Shown: positions 1-9,752 of the stretch, one piece after another
How the letters are laid out: each line of letters begins with the position of its first letter
How positions within the stretch are numbered: position 1 is the stretch's first letter
Assembly (NCBI GenBank): GCA_944391445.1
Contig: CALXTL010000006.1
Location: 21,123 to 85,122, forward strand
Direction of reading: 5' to 3'
Source: an uncultured Alphaproteobacteria bacterium
Lineage (GTDB): Bacteria > Pseudomonadota > Alphaproteobacteria > RF32 > CAG-239
DNA: 64,000 bases
Made by a program: the position numbers and the translations under genes
Notes under the pieces: model-generated
Database searches by the model: none
The model's input: only the letters and a program-made list of their open reading frames with translations
What the model was told of the DNA's origin: nothing

Positions 1-184
1 TGACGAGACTTTCGGGGTGTGGCTGAATGAGCTCAAAGCACGTACCGGCAAAAAGGGGAAAGAGTTGTTCCACCCGATTCGTAAAGCTTTGACCGCAGCT
101 GAAAGCGGCCCCGAACTCAAAAAATTAATGCCGTTGCTTGGCCGCGCAAAAGTGGAAGCGCGTCTTCGCGGGCAAACGGCCTAA
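1..184 (+). CDS. gltX: glutamyl-tRNA synthetase, 3' fragment (start lies left of the window)
   Basis: Frame 2 is open from the window edge to TAA at 182-184. The tail ...ELFHPIRKALTAAESGPELKKLMPLLGRAKVEARL resembles the conserved GluRS C-terminus. Confidence 0.6.
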   Translation, partial: DETFGVWLNELKARTGKKGKELFHPIRKALTAAESGPELKKLMPLLGRAKVEARLRGQTA

Positions 185-214
185 ATTTTTTTCTAGTAAT
201 CAGGACAACAAACA

Positions 215-1588
215 ATGACCAAAATCTCTCTTTTTAATACGTTGCATCGCCGCAAAGAAGAATTCAAGCCGATTGACCCTGCCAATGTGCGGATGTATGT
301 CTGTGGTCCGACGGTTTATGATCATGCACATCTCGGCAATGCCAAAACGCCGGTTGTGTTTGATGTCCTGAACAGGTTGCTGCGCCACGTGTATGGAGAA
401 ACTCATGTCACTTATGTATCCAACATCACCGATGTTGATGACAAAATTCTAAATAAACATCGGGAGACCGGCAAACCAATCCGCGAAATCACCGAACAAA
501 CCTACCGTTGGTATGTGGACGATATGGCCAAATTAAATGTAAAGGCGCCGGATTATCGTCCACGGGCAACGGAATATATCGGAGAGATGATCGAGCTGGT
601 CAAGCTCTTGCTGCAAAATGGCCATGCTTATGAGGCGGCAGGGCACGTTTTATTTGATGTTGATTCAATGCCGGGTTACGGCAGTTTGTCCGGCCGCTCA
701 ATGAAAGAGATGCTGGCCGGTGCCAGAATTGAAATTGCCGAGTATAAGAAAAACCCGGCTGATTTTGTTTTGTGGAAACCCTCCGATCCGGATCAGCCCG
801 GCTGGGAGAGTCCGTGGGGATACGGCCGCCCGGGCTGGCATCTGGAGTGCTCGGCTATGAGTTCTAAATTGCTTGGCAATTCGTTTGATATTCATGGCGG
901 CGGAGCAGATTTGATTTTTCCGCATCATGAAAATGAATGTGCGCAGTCTTTATGTGCGCACCCGGGGGAAACTTTTGCCAACTATTGGGTACATGGCGGT
1001 ATGCTGATGGTTGACGGCGTCAAAATGAGCAAGTCGCTTGGCAATTTTTACACCATTGACGAAGTTTTGGAAAAAACGCCGGCCGAGGCTTTGCGCCTGC
1101 TGTTTCTGACCACGCATTATCATCAGCCTTTTAATTTTACCTTTGAGGGGCTGGCTCAGGCCAAGGCAATGCTGGATAAGTTTTACAATGCATTGCGCCG
1201 AGTAGAAAAAGTGGCTGCGCGGCCGCAGGCGGATGAGCGCGTGGTTGAGGCTCTGGCCGATGATATGAACACACCTTTAGCGCTGAGCTTTCTACACGAG
1301 CTGGTCGGCAGTCTTAATAAAGCGGAAAAACCGGAAGAGCAGGAAAAATATAAAGGACTTTTGTTGGGCAGTGCGGATTTGCTTGGTATTTTATTTCAGT
1401 CGCCGGAAGAATGGTTTAAGGGCGGCAATGATGAAGATACCTCGGCAATAGAGGCACAAATTGCAGCTCGCCTGCAAGCCAAAAAAGATAAAAATTATGC
1501 CTTGGCTGACGAGATCCGCAACCGTCTGAAAGAACAGGGAATTATTTTGGAGGATACGCCTCAGGGCACAACCTGGAAGAAAATCTGA
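215..1588 (+). CDS. cysS: cysteinyl-tRNA synthetase
   Basis: 457-aa ORF with the class I aaRS signatures 'HLGN' (HIGH-type) and 'KMSKSLGN'. The CGPTVYD N-terminus is typical of CysRS. Confidence 0.95.
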   Translation: MTKISLFNTLHRRKEEFKPIDPANVRMYVCGPTVYDHAHLGNAKTPVVFDVLNRLLRHVYGETHVTYVSNITDVDDKILNKHRETGKPIREITEQTYRWYVDDMAKLNVKAPDYRPRATEYIGEMIELVKLLLQNGHAYEAAGHVLFDVDSMPGYGSLSGRSMKEMLAGARIEIAEYKKNPADFVLWKPSDPDQPGWESPWGYGRPGWHLECSAMSSKLLGNSFDIHGGGADLIFPHHENECAQSLCAHPGETFANYWVHGGMLMVDGVKMSKSLGNFYTIDEVLEKTPAEALRLLFLTTHYHQPFNFTFEGLAQAKAMLDKFYNALRRVEKVAARPQADERVVEALADDMNTPLALSFLHELVGSLNKAEKPEEQEKYKGLLLGSADLLGILFQSPEEWFKGGNDEDTSAIEAQIAARLQAKKDKNYALADEIRNRLKEQGIILEDTPQGTTWKKI

Positions 1589-1602
1589 TTCTGCTTCAAA
1601 AG

Positions 1603-1632
1603 AACTTCGTCCTGCCGGACGGAGTTTTTTTG
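1603..1632 (+). terminator. rho-independent terminator after cysS
   Basis: Stem AACTTCGTCC / GGACGGAGTT with a TGCC loop, followed by a T-run. Confidence 0.6.
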
Positions 1633-1722
1633 TTAGGAGAAAAACTTGCTTTTCCTGCAAATTGATGTTAAGTTGAAACAAATTTCAAATTATCAATATT
1701 TATTAGCTAAAAAATATATATT

Positions 1723-1980
1723 ATGGTATGGTACTGGATTAATACGATTATCGGTATGTTTTTTGCAGCCGGAATCTTGTCTTTCTTTGGCAGTGCATTG
1801 CTAACCAAAGGCATCAAAGAAAAAGATTTTATGTCTTGCGCCGGAGGCTTCCCTCTTCTGGCTTTGGCGTGTATGTTTTTGTTGGAAGATTGGCAGACGG
1901 AACATACGATTTGGCTGATATTTCTAATTTTTTTTGCTGCTCTGGGCATACATTTTGCTTTGAAATTCAGCGAGGATTAA
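1723..1980 (+). CDS. small hydrophobic membrane protein (about 3 TM segments), function unknown
   Basis: 85-aa ORF that is strongly hydrophobic and is bounded by terminators on both sides. Confidence 0.45.
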   Translation: MVWYWINTIIGMFFAAGILSFFGSALLTKGIKEKDFMSCAGGFPLLALACMFLLEDWQTEHTIWLIFLIFFAALGIHFALKFSED

Positions 1981-1981
1981 T

Positions 1982-2015
1982 AAAAACCCGGTGTGCATCC
2001 GCATACCGGGTTTTT
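1982..2015. terminator. bidirectional terminator hairpin (small ORF / prfC)
   Basis: A-run, then CCCGGTGTG ... CATACCGGG, then a T-run, placed between convergent genes. Confidence 0.6.
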
Positions 2016-2026
2016 GTGATTTAAAA

Positions 2027-3613
2027 TCAATGATTTTCGATCGTTTTGGAGAATTTAACTTTAGGAAAATCTTCTTGAGCTTTATTCAAATGCCAGGCGT
2101 TGCGGGCTAAAAACACCGGCGCGCCGTCATTATCTTCGGCCAAATTGGCCTGATTGGCGTCAGAGAATTTTTTCCATTCGTTTTTGTCGTCGCAGCTGAC
2201 CCAGCGTGCGGTGAAATATTGTGTCTGTTCAAACATGACGGGCAGGTTGAATTCATTTTTAATTCGGTCTGCCATCACTTCAAATTGCAATGCGCCGACC
2301 ACGCCGACAATCCACTCGGCGCCGATCATCGGTTTAAACACACTGGCGCCGCCTTCTTCGGCAATTTGTCTCAGCGCATCTCCCAGATGTTTAGATTTGA
2401 GCGGATCCAGCGCCCGGGCAGATTTAAGCAATTCAGGCGCAAAAGACGGAATGCCAGTAAAGTTAAATTTTTCTCCTTCGGTAAGAGTATCGCCGATTCG
2501 GAGTTGCCCATGGTTAGGAATACCGATAATATCACCGGCAAAAGCATCTTCCGCTAGTTCGCGCTCCTGAGCCAGAAACATAACCGGTGTCGGCACTTTA
2601 AGCTCTTTTCCGGTGCGCACTTGCAACAGTTTCATGCCGCGTTTGAAGTGCCCGGAGCAAAGGCGCATAAAAGCAATGCGGTCGCGGTGTTTGGGATCCA
2701 TATTAGCTTGGATTTTAAAAACAAAACCACTGACTTTAGGCTCATCGGCCAAAACCATACGTTCCTTAGCCGGATGCGGGCGCGGCGCCGGAGCAATCTG
2801 ATGCAGACCGTTGAGAATTTCACGCACGCCGAAGTTATTAATGGCGCTGCCAAAAAAGACCGGCGTCATGGATCCTTCCAAATAAGCTTCAAGATCAAAA
2901 GGCGGGCAAAGTTCTTTAATCATTTCCACATCTTCGCGCAGTTTGGCCGCCAGATAGGCAGGCAACAAACGGTCAATCTTATCATCGTCCAAGCCGCGGC
3001 AGGTTTCAATAGTGTCATTGATCTGCGATTTGTTTCCGGTTTTATTCATTAGAATCAGCTGATCATTAATCAGATCATAGCAACCGGCAAAATCCTTGCC
3101 CATTCCGATTGGCCAGCTGGCCGGAGTTGCCTCCAGAGCCAATGTCTTTTCAATTTCGTCCAGCAGCGCGAAAGGATCTTGTCCTTCCCGATCCAACTTG
3201 TTAATAAAAGTCAGGATCGGCACATCACGCAGCCGGCAAACTTCAAACAGCTTTTTAGTTTGCGTTTCAATACCTTTGGCGGCGTCAAGCACCATTACGG
3301 CGGAATCAACCGCGGTCAAAACCCGGTAAGTATCTTCCGAAAAATCTTCGTGTCCCGGTGTGTCCAACAGATTAAAAGTGATTCCGCGGTAATCAAAAGT
3401 CATAACAGAAGAGGCAACGGAAATTCCGCGCTCTTGTTCGACTTTCATCCAGTCGGAATGTGCCCGGCGGTTTTCGCCGCGAGCTTTGACGGCACCTGCC
3501 TGTTGAATGGCTCCGCCAAACAGCAGCAGCTTTTCGGTCAGGGTTGTCTTACCGGCATCCGGATGGGAAATAATTGCAAATGTTTTACGTGGATTTGGTT
3601 TATTCTCAGGCAT
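2027..3613 (-). CDS. prfC: peptide chain release factor 3 (GTPase)
   Basis: 528 aa with the GTPase motifs 'SHPDAGKTT', 'DTPGHEDF' and 'NKLD'. Overall layout is RF3-like. Confidence 0.95.
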   Translation of the reverse strand: MPENKPNPRKTFAIISHPDAGKTTLTEKLLLFGGAIQQAGAVKARGENRRAHSDWMKVEQERGISVASSVMTFDYRGITFNLLDTPGHEDFSEDTYRVLTAVDSAVMVLDAAKGIETQTKKLFEVCRLRDVPILTFINKLDREGQDPFALLDEIEKTLALEATPASWPIGMGKDFAGCYDLINDQLILMNKTGNKSQINDTIETCRGLDDDKIDRLLPAYLAAKLREDVEMIKELCPPFDLEAYLEGSMTPVFFGSAINNFGVREILNGLHQIAPAPRPHPAKERMVLADEPKVSGFVFKIQANMDPKHRDRIAFMRLCSGHFKRGMKLLQVRTGKELKVPTPVMFLAQERELAEDAFAGDIIGIPNHGQLRIGDTLTEGEKFNFTGIPSFAPELLKSARALDPLKSKHLGDALRQIAEEGGASVFKPMIGAEWIVGVVGALQFEVMADRIKNEFNLPVMFEQTQYFTARWVSCDDKNEWKKFSDANQANLAEDNDGAPVFLARNAWHLNKAQEDFPKVKFSKTIENH

Positions 3614-3698
3614 ATTGACAGTCTTTACAAGTTACATACAAAATTGCCTCCTTAATAAAACAAATTTTAAGGAGGCACAAGAGTTTTTTATAAGCGCG

Positions 3699-5063
3699 TC
3701 AGAAAGGCGAAGAGACGTTAGGTGTTCCGCTTTGAACCTGAGCCGGTGTGAGAGTCTCTGTTTTGGAAATCAGAGCCACGGCCTCGTTTCCTTTGGTGAC
3801 CGTATTAATTTTTGGGGTTACCGGGATAGGAACTTCCTCAACGGTTGTTTTAACTTCCGTCACGTTTGCCTGAACATTATCCGCAACCGGCGCATTTTGC
3901 TTTGCCTGAGCGGAAACCGCCGACACGTCGGAAGCAGCAGCCGGAGCCGCGGCCTTTTTAACGTCGCGTTTGATACCAAGATACCGCTCAATTGCTTTCT
4001 TTTCCGCAGCTTTTTCCGAAGCGGTGATCAGGTTCAGATCATATAATACTTCCAATTTGCGCAAATCTTTGGCCGCGCCCAGAATATCTCTGGCCGGCGC
4101 TTTAGGCTTCATTCTTGTGCGTGGCGACGGCGGCAAAAGTGCTTCAATAATCACATCACGTTCGGCGGAAAATTCACGCGGGGTAATGGCGCGGGACTCT
4201 ACGCCGTCTTTCAAAACATTAATACGCTCCACAATCAATTCCGGTGCCGGAACGGGCTGGTCAATTCCTTTCGCCGGCGGCATGTTGGTCAGGGGAAGCA
4301 ATCCGCCGAGGTTAGACATGCGGCGGGTCAAAAACTCTTCTTTGGTGATATAGTCTTTTTCGGCAAGCTCTTTCAGTACCAGAAAACGCGAGATGATATT
4401 CTGCTCCTGTTGTGAGAACAAATTGTCAATGGCTGGGGCTTTTTTTGCGACCGGCGCAGGCTTTTCCTTCAAGGCGCGTTTAATGGTGGCTGTGCTCTGA
4501 GCATTGCCGGCAGCCGGAGAAATATTGAAGTTCATTTGTCCGTTCGGAGTCTCAACAACCAGTTCACTTTGTTTAATGGTCAGACTGCGCAGCCGCGTCT
4601 TGGCAATATCGGCAAAACTCTGCGGTTTGCCGGTGGAACTGCCGAGAATGGAAGTGTCGGCACTGTCAATGATGATCAAATCTTCATAGTTCTGCCGGGC
4701 ACGGTTGAGCCGGCCGAGCTGTTCGGCAGCCAGAGCGCCGACCAGCAGCCCTTGTTGGTTGCGCGGGTTTGCTTTAAGAGAGTCCATGGAAAGTTCGAGT
4801 GCTTTTTTGAAATTCCCCTGCGAATAAGCCATGGTGGCGTCGGCCGCTTCCTGATTGCCGTCTTTTTCAAATTGGCGCACCAGCCAGTTAGATTCTTCAT
4901 CGGTGTTTTTCTTATCCAAAATGGCACATCCCGTAAGCAGGGCAAAAGTGGCGGTTGGCAGCAGGATTGTTTTGAAAATGCGGGGGCAGAACACTGCGTT
5001 ACTCCTCAAAATGATAAACGGTTTCAGCGGCTTTTGCAGGTATATTATAAAAGTTTGCGTCAT
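3699..5063 (-). CDS. lipoprotein with a TPR-like N-domain and three short 'IT..E(F/K)' repeats, function unknown
   Basis: 454-aa ORF with the lipobox 'LLTGC'. It has an Ala/Pro-rich linker and a repeated ITKEEFLTRR / ITPREFSAER / ITASEKAAEK motif. The start codon is uncertain. Confidence 0.6.
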   Translation of the reverse strand: MTQTFIIYLQKPLKPFIILRSNAVFCPRIFKTILLPTATFALLTGCAILDKKNTDEESNWLVRQFEKDGNQEAADATMAYSQGNFKKALELSMDSLKANPRNQQGLLVGALAAEQLGRLNRARQNYEDLIIIDSADTSILGSSTGKPQSFADIAKTRLRSLTIKQSELVVETPNGQMNFNISPAAGNAQSTATIKRALKEKPAPVAKKAPAIDNLFSQQEQNIISRFLVLKELAEKDYITKEEFLTRRMSNLGGLLPLTNMPPAKGIDQPVPAPELIVERINVLKDGVESRAITPREFSAERDVIIEALLPPSPRTRMKPKAPARDILGAAKDLRKLEVLYDLNLITASEKAAEKKAIERYLGIKRDVKKAAAPAAASDVSAVSAQAKQNAPVADNVQANVTEVKTTVEEVPIPVTPKINTVTKGNEAVALISKTETLTPAQVQSGTPNVSSPF

Positions 5064-5098
5064 AATACAATAATTTTGTTTGTTCTGTGAATTTGTGC

Positions 5099-5126
5099 TT
5101 GATTTCTGAAAATAATTATGTAGTAT
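5099..5126 (+). promoter_or_regulatory. candidate sigma70 promoter for tRNA-Leu/tig
   Basis: TTGATT - 16 nt - TAGTAT, about 30 nt upstream of the tRNA 5' end. Confidence 0.4.
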
Positions 5127-5156
5127 TCAAGCAAATTAACCGTTTTTTAACAATCC

Positions 5157-5241
<85 letters not shown>

Positions 5242-5295
5242 TCTTTTCGTGTTTTGCGCGGAAAGATGGTTAATTTAACTGAAAAGAGTAAATTG

Positions 5296-6654
5296 ATGAA
5301 AATAACCGAATTAAAATCCGAAGGCTTGAAACAAGAGTTCAAAGTGGTCGTATCCGCCGCCGATATCGAAAAAAAGATTGACGCCAGAATCGCTCAAATT
5401 GCCAAAACGGCCAAGCTGCCCGGTTTCCGTGCCGGCAAAGCGCCCGTATCAATGCTGAAGCAAAAGTATCACGATTCCGTGATGGGTGAGGTGGTAGAGA
5501 CTCTCGTTCAGGAAGGAACCGGTGAAGTTATCAAATCCAAAAAGTTGCGTCCGGCCGTCCAGCCGAATGTGAAAATTACGTCTTTTGCCGCAGGCAAAGA
5601 TCTTGAGTTTGAGATTGATACCGAAAATCTTCCCGAAGTTAAAGTCGGTGACTTTTCAAAAATTGCTCTGACCAAATACACCGCCGAAGTTCCTGCTGCG
5701 GAAGTAGACAAAGCACTCAAATATTTGTCTGAAGCGCGCAAAGAGACCGCCAAAGTTGACGGTAAGGCCGCGGAAAAAGGCGATGTTGTAATGATTGATT
5801 TTGTCGGCTCCGTCGACGGTAAAGAGTTCAAGGGCGGCAAAGGCAGCAATTATCCGCTTGAGCTTGGTTCCGGCACGTTCATTCCCGGTTTTGAAGACCA
5901 GTTGCTTGGCGCTGTCGCTGGAGATAAAATTGACGTTAAAGTCAAATTCCCCGAGAATTATCACGCCAAAGAGCTGGCCGGCAAAGACAGCGTTTTTGCC
6001 GTAGAAGTCAAGGAAGTGCGCGAGCCCAAAAAAGTTGAGATCAACGATGAATTTGCCAAATCCATGGGTGAGGAGAGCCTTGAAAAACTCAAGGAAAACA
6101 TTAAAAACCGCATCAAAGGCGATTATGAAAACGCCTCCCGTATGAAGATCAAACGTCAACTGTTGGATGCGCTGGATAAAGAATACAAATTTGCCACGCC
6201 GGATTCTCTGGTTGATGCCGAATACAAAGCGATTGTTGATCAGTATGAGCAGGCTAAAAAGTACAATCAGCTGGACGAAAGCGAAAAGAAAAAAACTGAA
6301 GATGAATTGCTCAAAGAGTATAAAGACATCGCTGTCCGTCGGGTCAAACTCGGCTTGTTGTTGTCGCAGGTTGGCCAGGATGCATCCGTTTCCATCAAGC
6401 CTGAGGATATCAACGAAGCCATTATGAAGGAAGCTCGCAAATATCCCGGACAGGAAAAAGCTGTTTTGGATTATTATCTCAAAAACAAGCAAGCTGTTGA
6501 AGCTTTAAAAGCGCCGATTTTTGAAGAAAAAATTGTTGACTATATCATCAGCAAAGCTAAAGTAGAAGAGAAAGTTGTCTCTGTTGAAGAACTCTACAAC
6601 TTCAATGAAGATGCTTCAAAGCCTAAGAAGACTGCTGCCAAGAAGTCTGCTTAA
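5296..6654 (+). CDS. tig: trigger factor
   Basis: The ORF track starts at 5200, inside the tRNA. The first plausible start is ATG 5296 (MKITELKSEGL...). The protein has an FKBP-type middle domain (GFRAGKAP..., DFVGSVDGKEF) and lies upstream of clpP-clpX. Confidence 0.9.
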   Translation: MKITELKSEGLKQEFKVVVSAADIEKKIDARIAQIAKTAKLPGFRAGKAPVSMLKQKYHDSVMGEVVETLVQEGTGEVIKSKKLRPAVQPNVKITSFAAGKDLEFEIDTENLPEVKVGDFSKIALTKYTAEVPAAEVDKALKYLSEARKETAKVDGKAAEKGDVVMIDFVGSVDGKEFKGGKGSNYPLELGSGTFIPGFEDQLLGAVAGDKIDVKVKFPENYHAKELAGKDSVFAVEVKEVREPKKVEINDEFAKSMGEESLEKLKENIKNRIKGDYENASRMKIKRQLLDALDKEYKFATPDSLVDAEYKAIVDQYEQAKKYNQLDESEKKKTEDELLKEYKDIAVRRVKLGLLLSQVGQDASVSIKPEDINEAIMKEARKYPGQEKAVLDYYLKNKQAVEALKAPIFEEKIVDYIISKAKVEEKVVSVEELYNFNEDASKPKKTAAKKSA

Positions 6655-6671
6655 GCTTCAAAACCAACACA

Positions 6672-6709
6672 AAAGCCTCTGTTTTCGGGTGAGAACAGAG
6701 GCTTTTTTT
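6672..6709. terminator. terminator hairpin after tig
   Basis: AAAGCCTCTGTT ... AACAGAGGCTTT followed by a T-run. Confidence 0.7.
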
Positions 6710-6732
6710 GAAACCGCAAATTAAAAAATTTT

Positions 6733-7140
6733 TCAATCTCGAAAGCTGACGTGTTCATGCAGAAAATAAAGCAAAACGGCCGAAACAAGGCCAAAGACGG
6801 CCTGAGCAATCCAGGCGGCCAGCTTCAGACAATCGATTGCCAGCCACAAAAACGCATAGTTGCATAAAATCAGCCCCGCATAAACCAATACGGCGCGTCC
6901 GTATTGCCGGGCCGGATGTCCTTCTGCGCGGAAGACATAATGCCGCATGGTGAAAATCGAAACGTTGATACCGATCAAATAGGTCAGCGGCAAAGCAAGC
7001 TGATAATTGCTCAGCCACTCAAGCCCCACAAATATCAGATAGGAAAAAACGGTGTTAAAACCACCGACAGCCCAAAAACGGATTTGCTTCGGCCAGGTCT
7101 GAAACCACCAGTTTTCCAGTTGACGATATAAATGTATCAT
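6733..7140 (-). CDS. GtrA-family membrane protein (polyprenyl-sugar translocation type)
   Basis: 135 aa with 4 TM segments. Size and hydrophobic pattern fit GtrA, and it is the last gene of a glycosylation cassette. Confidence 0.6.
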   Translation of the reverse strand: MIHLYRQLENWWFQTWPKQIRFWAVGGFNTVFSYLIFVGLEWLSNYQLALPLTYLIGINVSIFTMRHYVFRAEGHPARQYGRAVLVYAGLILCNYAFLWLAIDCLKLAAWIAQAVFGLVSAVLLYFLHEHVSFRD

Positions 7141-8855
7141 CAGGCGTGATAAACCTCAAAAAGTTTGTTTTCAAACAGCGGCTTGTCCGGCAGTTGTTTT
7201 TTTATTTCCAAAGTTTTGGGCAACTGGTTGTTTTTGTTGATGATAACCCAATCCCCCGGTGCAGGTTTTTCCTGCGGAATAATCGGAAAATAAATAATCG
7301 GCCGGAAGATCCGGAGTTTTAACAGATCCTGCAGCGTTCGCGGAATATGCTTGTCTGATTTAAAGACGATGTGATAGTCTTCCAGATAATAATAATAGGC
7401 CGAAGACCAAGCTTCAATAACCCATTTGTCAATATCATCCTCAGCCTGAGGTTTGTCAATGACAAACAAAAAGCTGATATCTTTTTTCTCTTTGCCTTTA
7501 GGCAGTTGTTGAGCCATAAATTCCGCCACCTCTCGGTAATAAACGCCGATTTCGCCCTGACGCGCTTTATAGTCTTCGACCGCCGAATAAAGCAGCAAAG
7601 CCGCGCTTAAAACCAGCAGAGTCAAGCGTGAGCGCACATGGCGGAAAATATAAGCCAGAGAAAACAGCAGCGGTAGTAGCAGATAATATGTTTTTCCGGC
7701 CAGATGCGGTGAATTGGGCGCTGTTTGCAAAATGAAAATGATTGTCACCGCCACGCAGAACCCGCCGACAACCAACCCGCTGCGAAACATCGGATTGGCG
7801 GCGGTATTATAATTGCGCCGCAGTCGTTCAACGGCAATACCGAGTGCCACCAGTAGAACGGCAAGTTCAAATTTATAATAAAAAAGGAGCTCTTGCCAGG
7901 GATGAAAATTTGTTTGCAGATAGATGTTTTGGGCGTTGGGCATTTGCAATAGAAAATAGACTATCGCGTACAAAAACATGCTCAATCCCATCAGAAATTC
8001 CAACGGCATTTGACGAATGCTGTCCATCGGATGCAAAAAGCTGCGCGGCGTAATTTTTTCGTTCCAGATATTATATAAAAGGGAAGCGGCCAGCGGCCCA
8101 AAATAAAATAAAATACAGGTCTCTTTGGTGTAAATGGCAAAATTCATAAAAAACAAAAATCCGCCGAGCCATTTCAGACTTGAGCTTCGGCTGAAACGGC
8201 GGATGCAGATCAAACTCAGCATCAGCAGGATAATAATTTCACGATCGGGAAAGACAACCTTTGATGTCAGCAACATGGTCGGCGTCAATAAAAACACGGC
8301 CAGAAACGACAGACGACGGGCAGTCGGAATGTTGTCAAAAAAGTAATATGCCGCCGCAACCGCCAGTAATAACTGAATAAAGACAAAAGCTTTGATCAGA
8401 TACATATTATGCGTGATGGCATAAAGCGTGCTCAGATTCCAAAAGGCCAGCGGCGTAATTCGCGCAAAATCAAAATTGGGGATTAATCCGGTTTTGAGGC
8501 TACGCATGGTTCCCAGCGCCATCAGATCAAAATTTTCAAAAAAAGAATTTTCGGTTGTAAACATATACCAGGCGGTCAGGATAAGAGCACCGGACAGCGC
8601 CGCCAGAGCCCCCCAGTCGGATTTATTATGTTTGTGAAATTTATAAGTGTTATTTTCAAACAGGTTAAAATAAGCCGGCGAAGTGCGCAATTGTTTGCGC
8701 AGACACCAGACGGCGCTCGCCAGAACCAATGCAACAATCAGCATCCACGGCAGCCAGCCGCGAGAGGTCAGCGTCGTCAGATTGAACTTAAGCAGGTTAG
8801 ACCAGATATTATCTTGAAAAAAAGGTGTATCAAACATTGTCTTTCCGTTTTGCAA
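7140..8855 (-). CDS. large polytopic glycosyltransferase, GT-C (ArnT/PMT/GtrC-like)
   Basis: 571 aa with more than 10 TM segments and a soluble C-terminal domain. It sits next to GtrA-like and GtrB-like genes. The call is by architecture only. Confidence 0.5.
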   Translation of the reverse strand: MQNGKTMFDTPFFQDNIWSNLLKFNLTTLTSRGWLPWMLIVALVLASAVWCLRKQLRTSPAYFNLFENNTYKFHKHNKSDWGALAALSGALILTAWYMFTTENSFFENFDLMALGTMRSLKTGLIPNFDFARITPLAFWNLSTLYAITHNMYLIKAFVFIQLLLAVAAAYYFFDNIPTARRLSFLAVFLLTPTMLLTSKVVFPDREIIILLMLSLICIRRFSRSSSLKWLGGFLFFMNFAIYTKETCILFYFGPLAASLLYNIWNEKITPRSFLHPMDSIRQMPLEFLMGLSMFLYAIVYFLLQMPNAQNIYLQTNFHPWQELLFYYKFELAVLLVALGIAVERLRRNYNTAANPMFRSGLVVGGFCVAVTIIFILQTAPNSPHLAGKTYYLLLPLLFSLAYIFRHVRSRLTLLVLSAALLLYSAVEDYKARQGEIGVYYREVAEFMAQQLPKGKEKKDISFLFVIDKPQAEDDIDKWVIEAWSSAYYYYLEDYHIVFKSDKHIPRTLQDLLKLRIFRPIIYFPIIPQEKPAPGDWVIINKNNQLPKTLEIKKQLPDKPLFENKLFEVYHA

Positions 8856-9657
8856 TCATAAATTTTAAACGCAGTTTTTCCAACATTACCAGCCAATAGG
8901 GATACCGACGGCGCGGCTGCGGATAAAGGAGAGCGGCGATTCGGCTTTTTACCAGTCTGTCGGCATGACGCATCCGGGCTTTGGCGCGAAGTGAAAAATT
9001 GCCGCCGTAAAAATTATAACGCAGCAGGACCTGCGGAATATTAGCCAGACGCAATCCGGCAGCCAGCGCTTGCCGGACCAGATCATAATCTTCTGCGGGA
9101 GAACACGCCGGATCATAGCAAAGGCCGTGTGCCGCAAATGAGGTGCGGCGGTACATGGCGGTTGAATGCATCAGCACATTACCGCGCCAGGCGTCTTGTA
9201 ATGTCGGAAATTCAGGTTGACACCAAATCCAGCCGAGATTGACAATCAGACGCCGCACAAAAGAAGCTTCCGGCGGACAAAAAAGCTCAAACCAACTGCC
9301 GACCATGGCAATTTCTGGATGCGTATCCAGAAAATTCACCTGAGTTTCCAGTCTCTGTGGCAGACAAAGATCATCATGATCCAAAACAGCCACATATTTG
9401 CCGCGGGCAAGAGACGCCAGTTTGTTGCGCGAGGCGGAAATACCGAGATTATGTTTGTTTTGGACAAAAGTGATTCTCGGATCGGTAAACTTTTTAATGA
9501 TTTCTGCGGAATTATCGGTGGAGGCGTCATCCAGCAAAATGAGCTCAAAGTTTTCAAAAGTCTGCGCCAAAACGGCCTGAATCGTCGCGGCAATAAAAGG
9601 CGCCGCATTATAAACAGGTACCAGGACAGAAACATATGGATGATTACTTGTACACAT
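8830..9657 (-). CDS. family 2 glycosyltransferase
   Basis: 'VSVLVPVYNAAPFI...LILLDDASTDNS' is the GT2 N-terminal signature. Confidence 0.8.
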   Translation of the reverse strand: MCTSNHPYVSVLVPVYNAAPFIAATIQAVLAQTFENFELILLDDASTDNSAEIIKKFTDPRITFVQNKHNLGISASRNKLASLARGKYVAVLDHDDLCLPQRLETQVNFLDTHPEIAMVGSWFELFCPPEASFVRRLIVNLGWIWCQPEFPTLQDAWRGNVLMHSTAMYRRTSFAAHGLCYDPACSPAEDYDLVRQALAAGLRLANIPQVLLRYNFYGGNFSLRAKARMRHADRLVKSRIAALLYPQPRRRYPYWLVMLEKLRLKFMIAKRKDNV

Positions 9658-9752
9658 AGATGCAAAAACTTTTTACATTCTTTCCGAAAACTATAATATG
9701 AAATCAGGAGGGTGCTGTCCACAAAAACAACCGATTTATCGAAAGATATCCC

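Noticed and set aside
9703-9714. Strong SD-like CAGGAGGG directly followed by GTG, heading the 80-aa ORF at 9712-9954.
   Set aside because: There is no spacer between the SD and the GTG. The ORF is out of frame with, and nested in, the methyltransferase gene, which carries a clear SAM motif.
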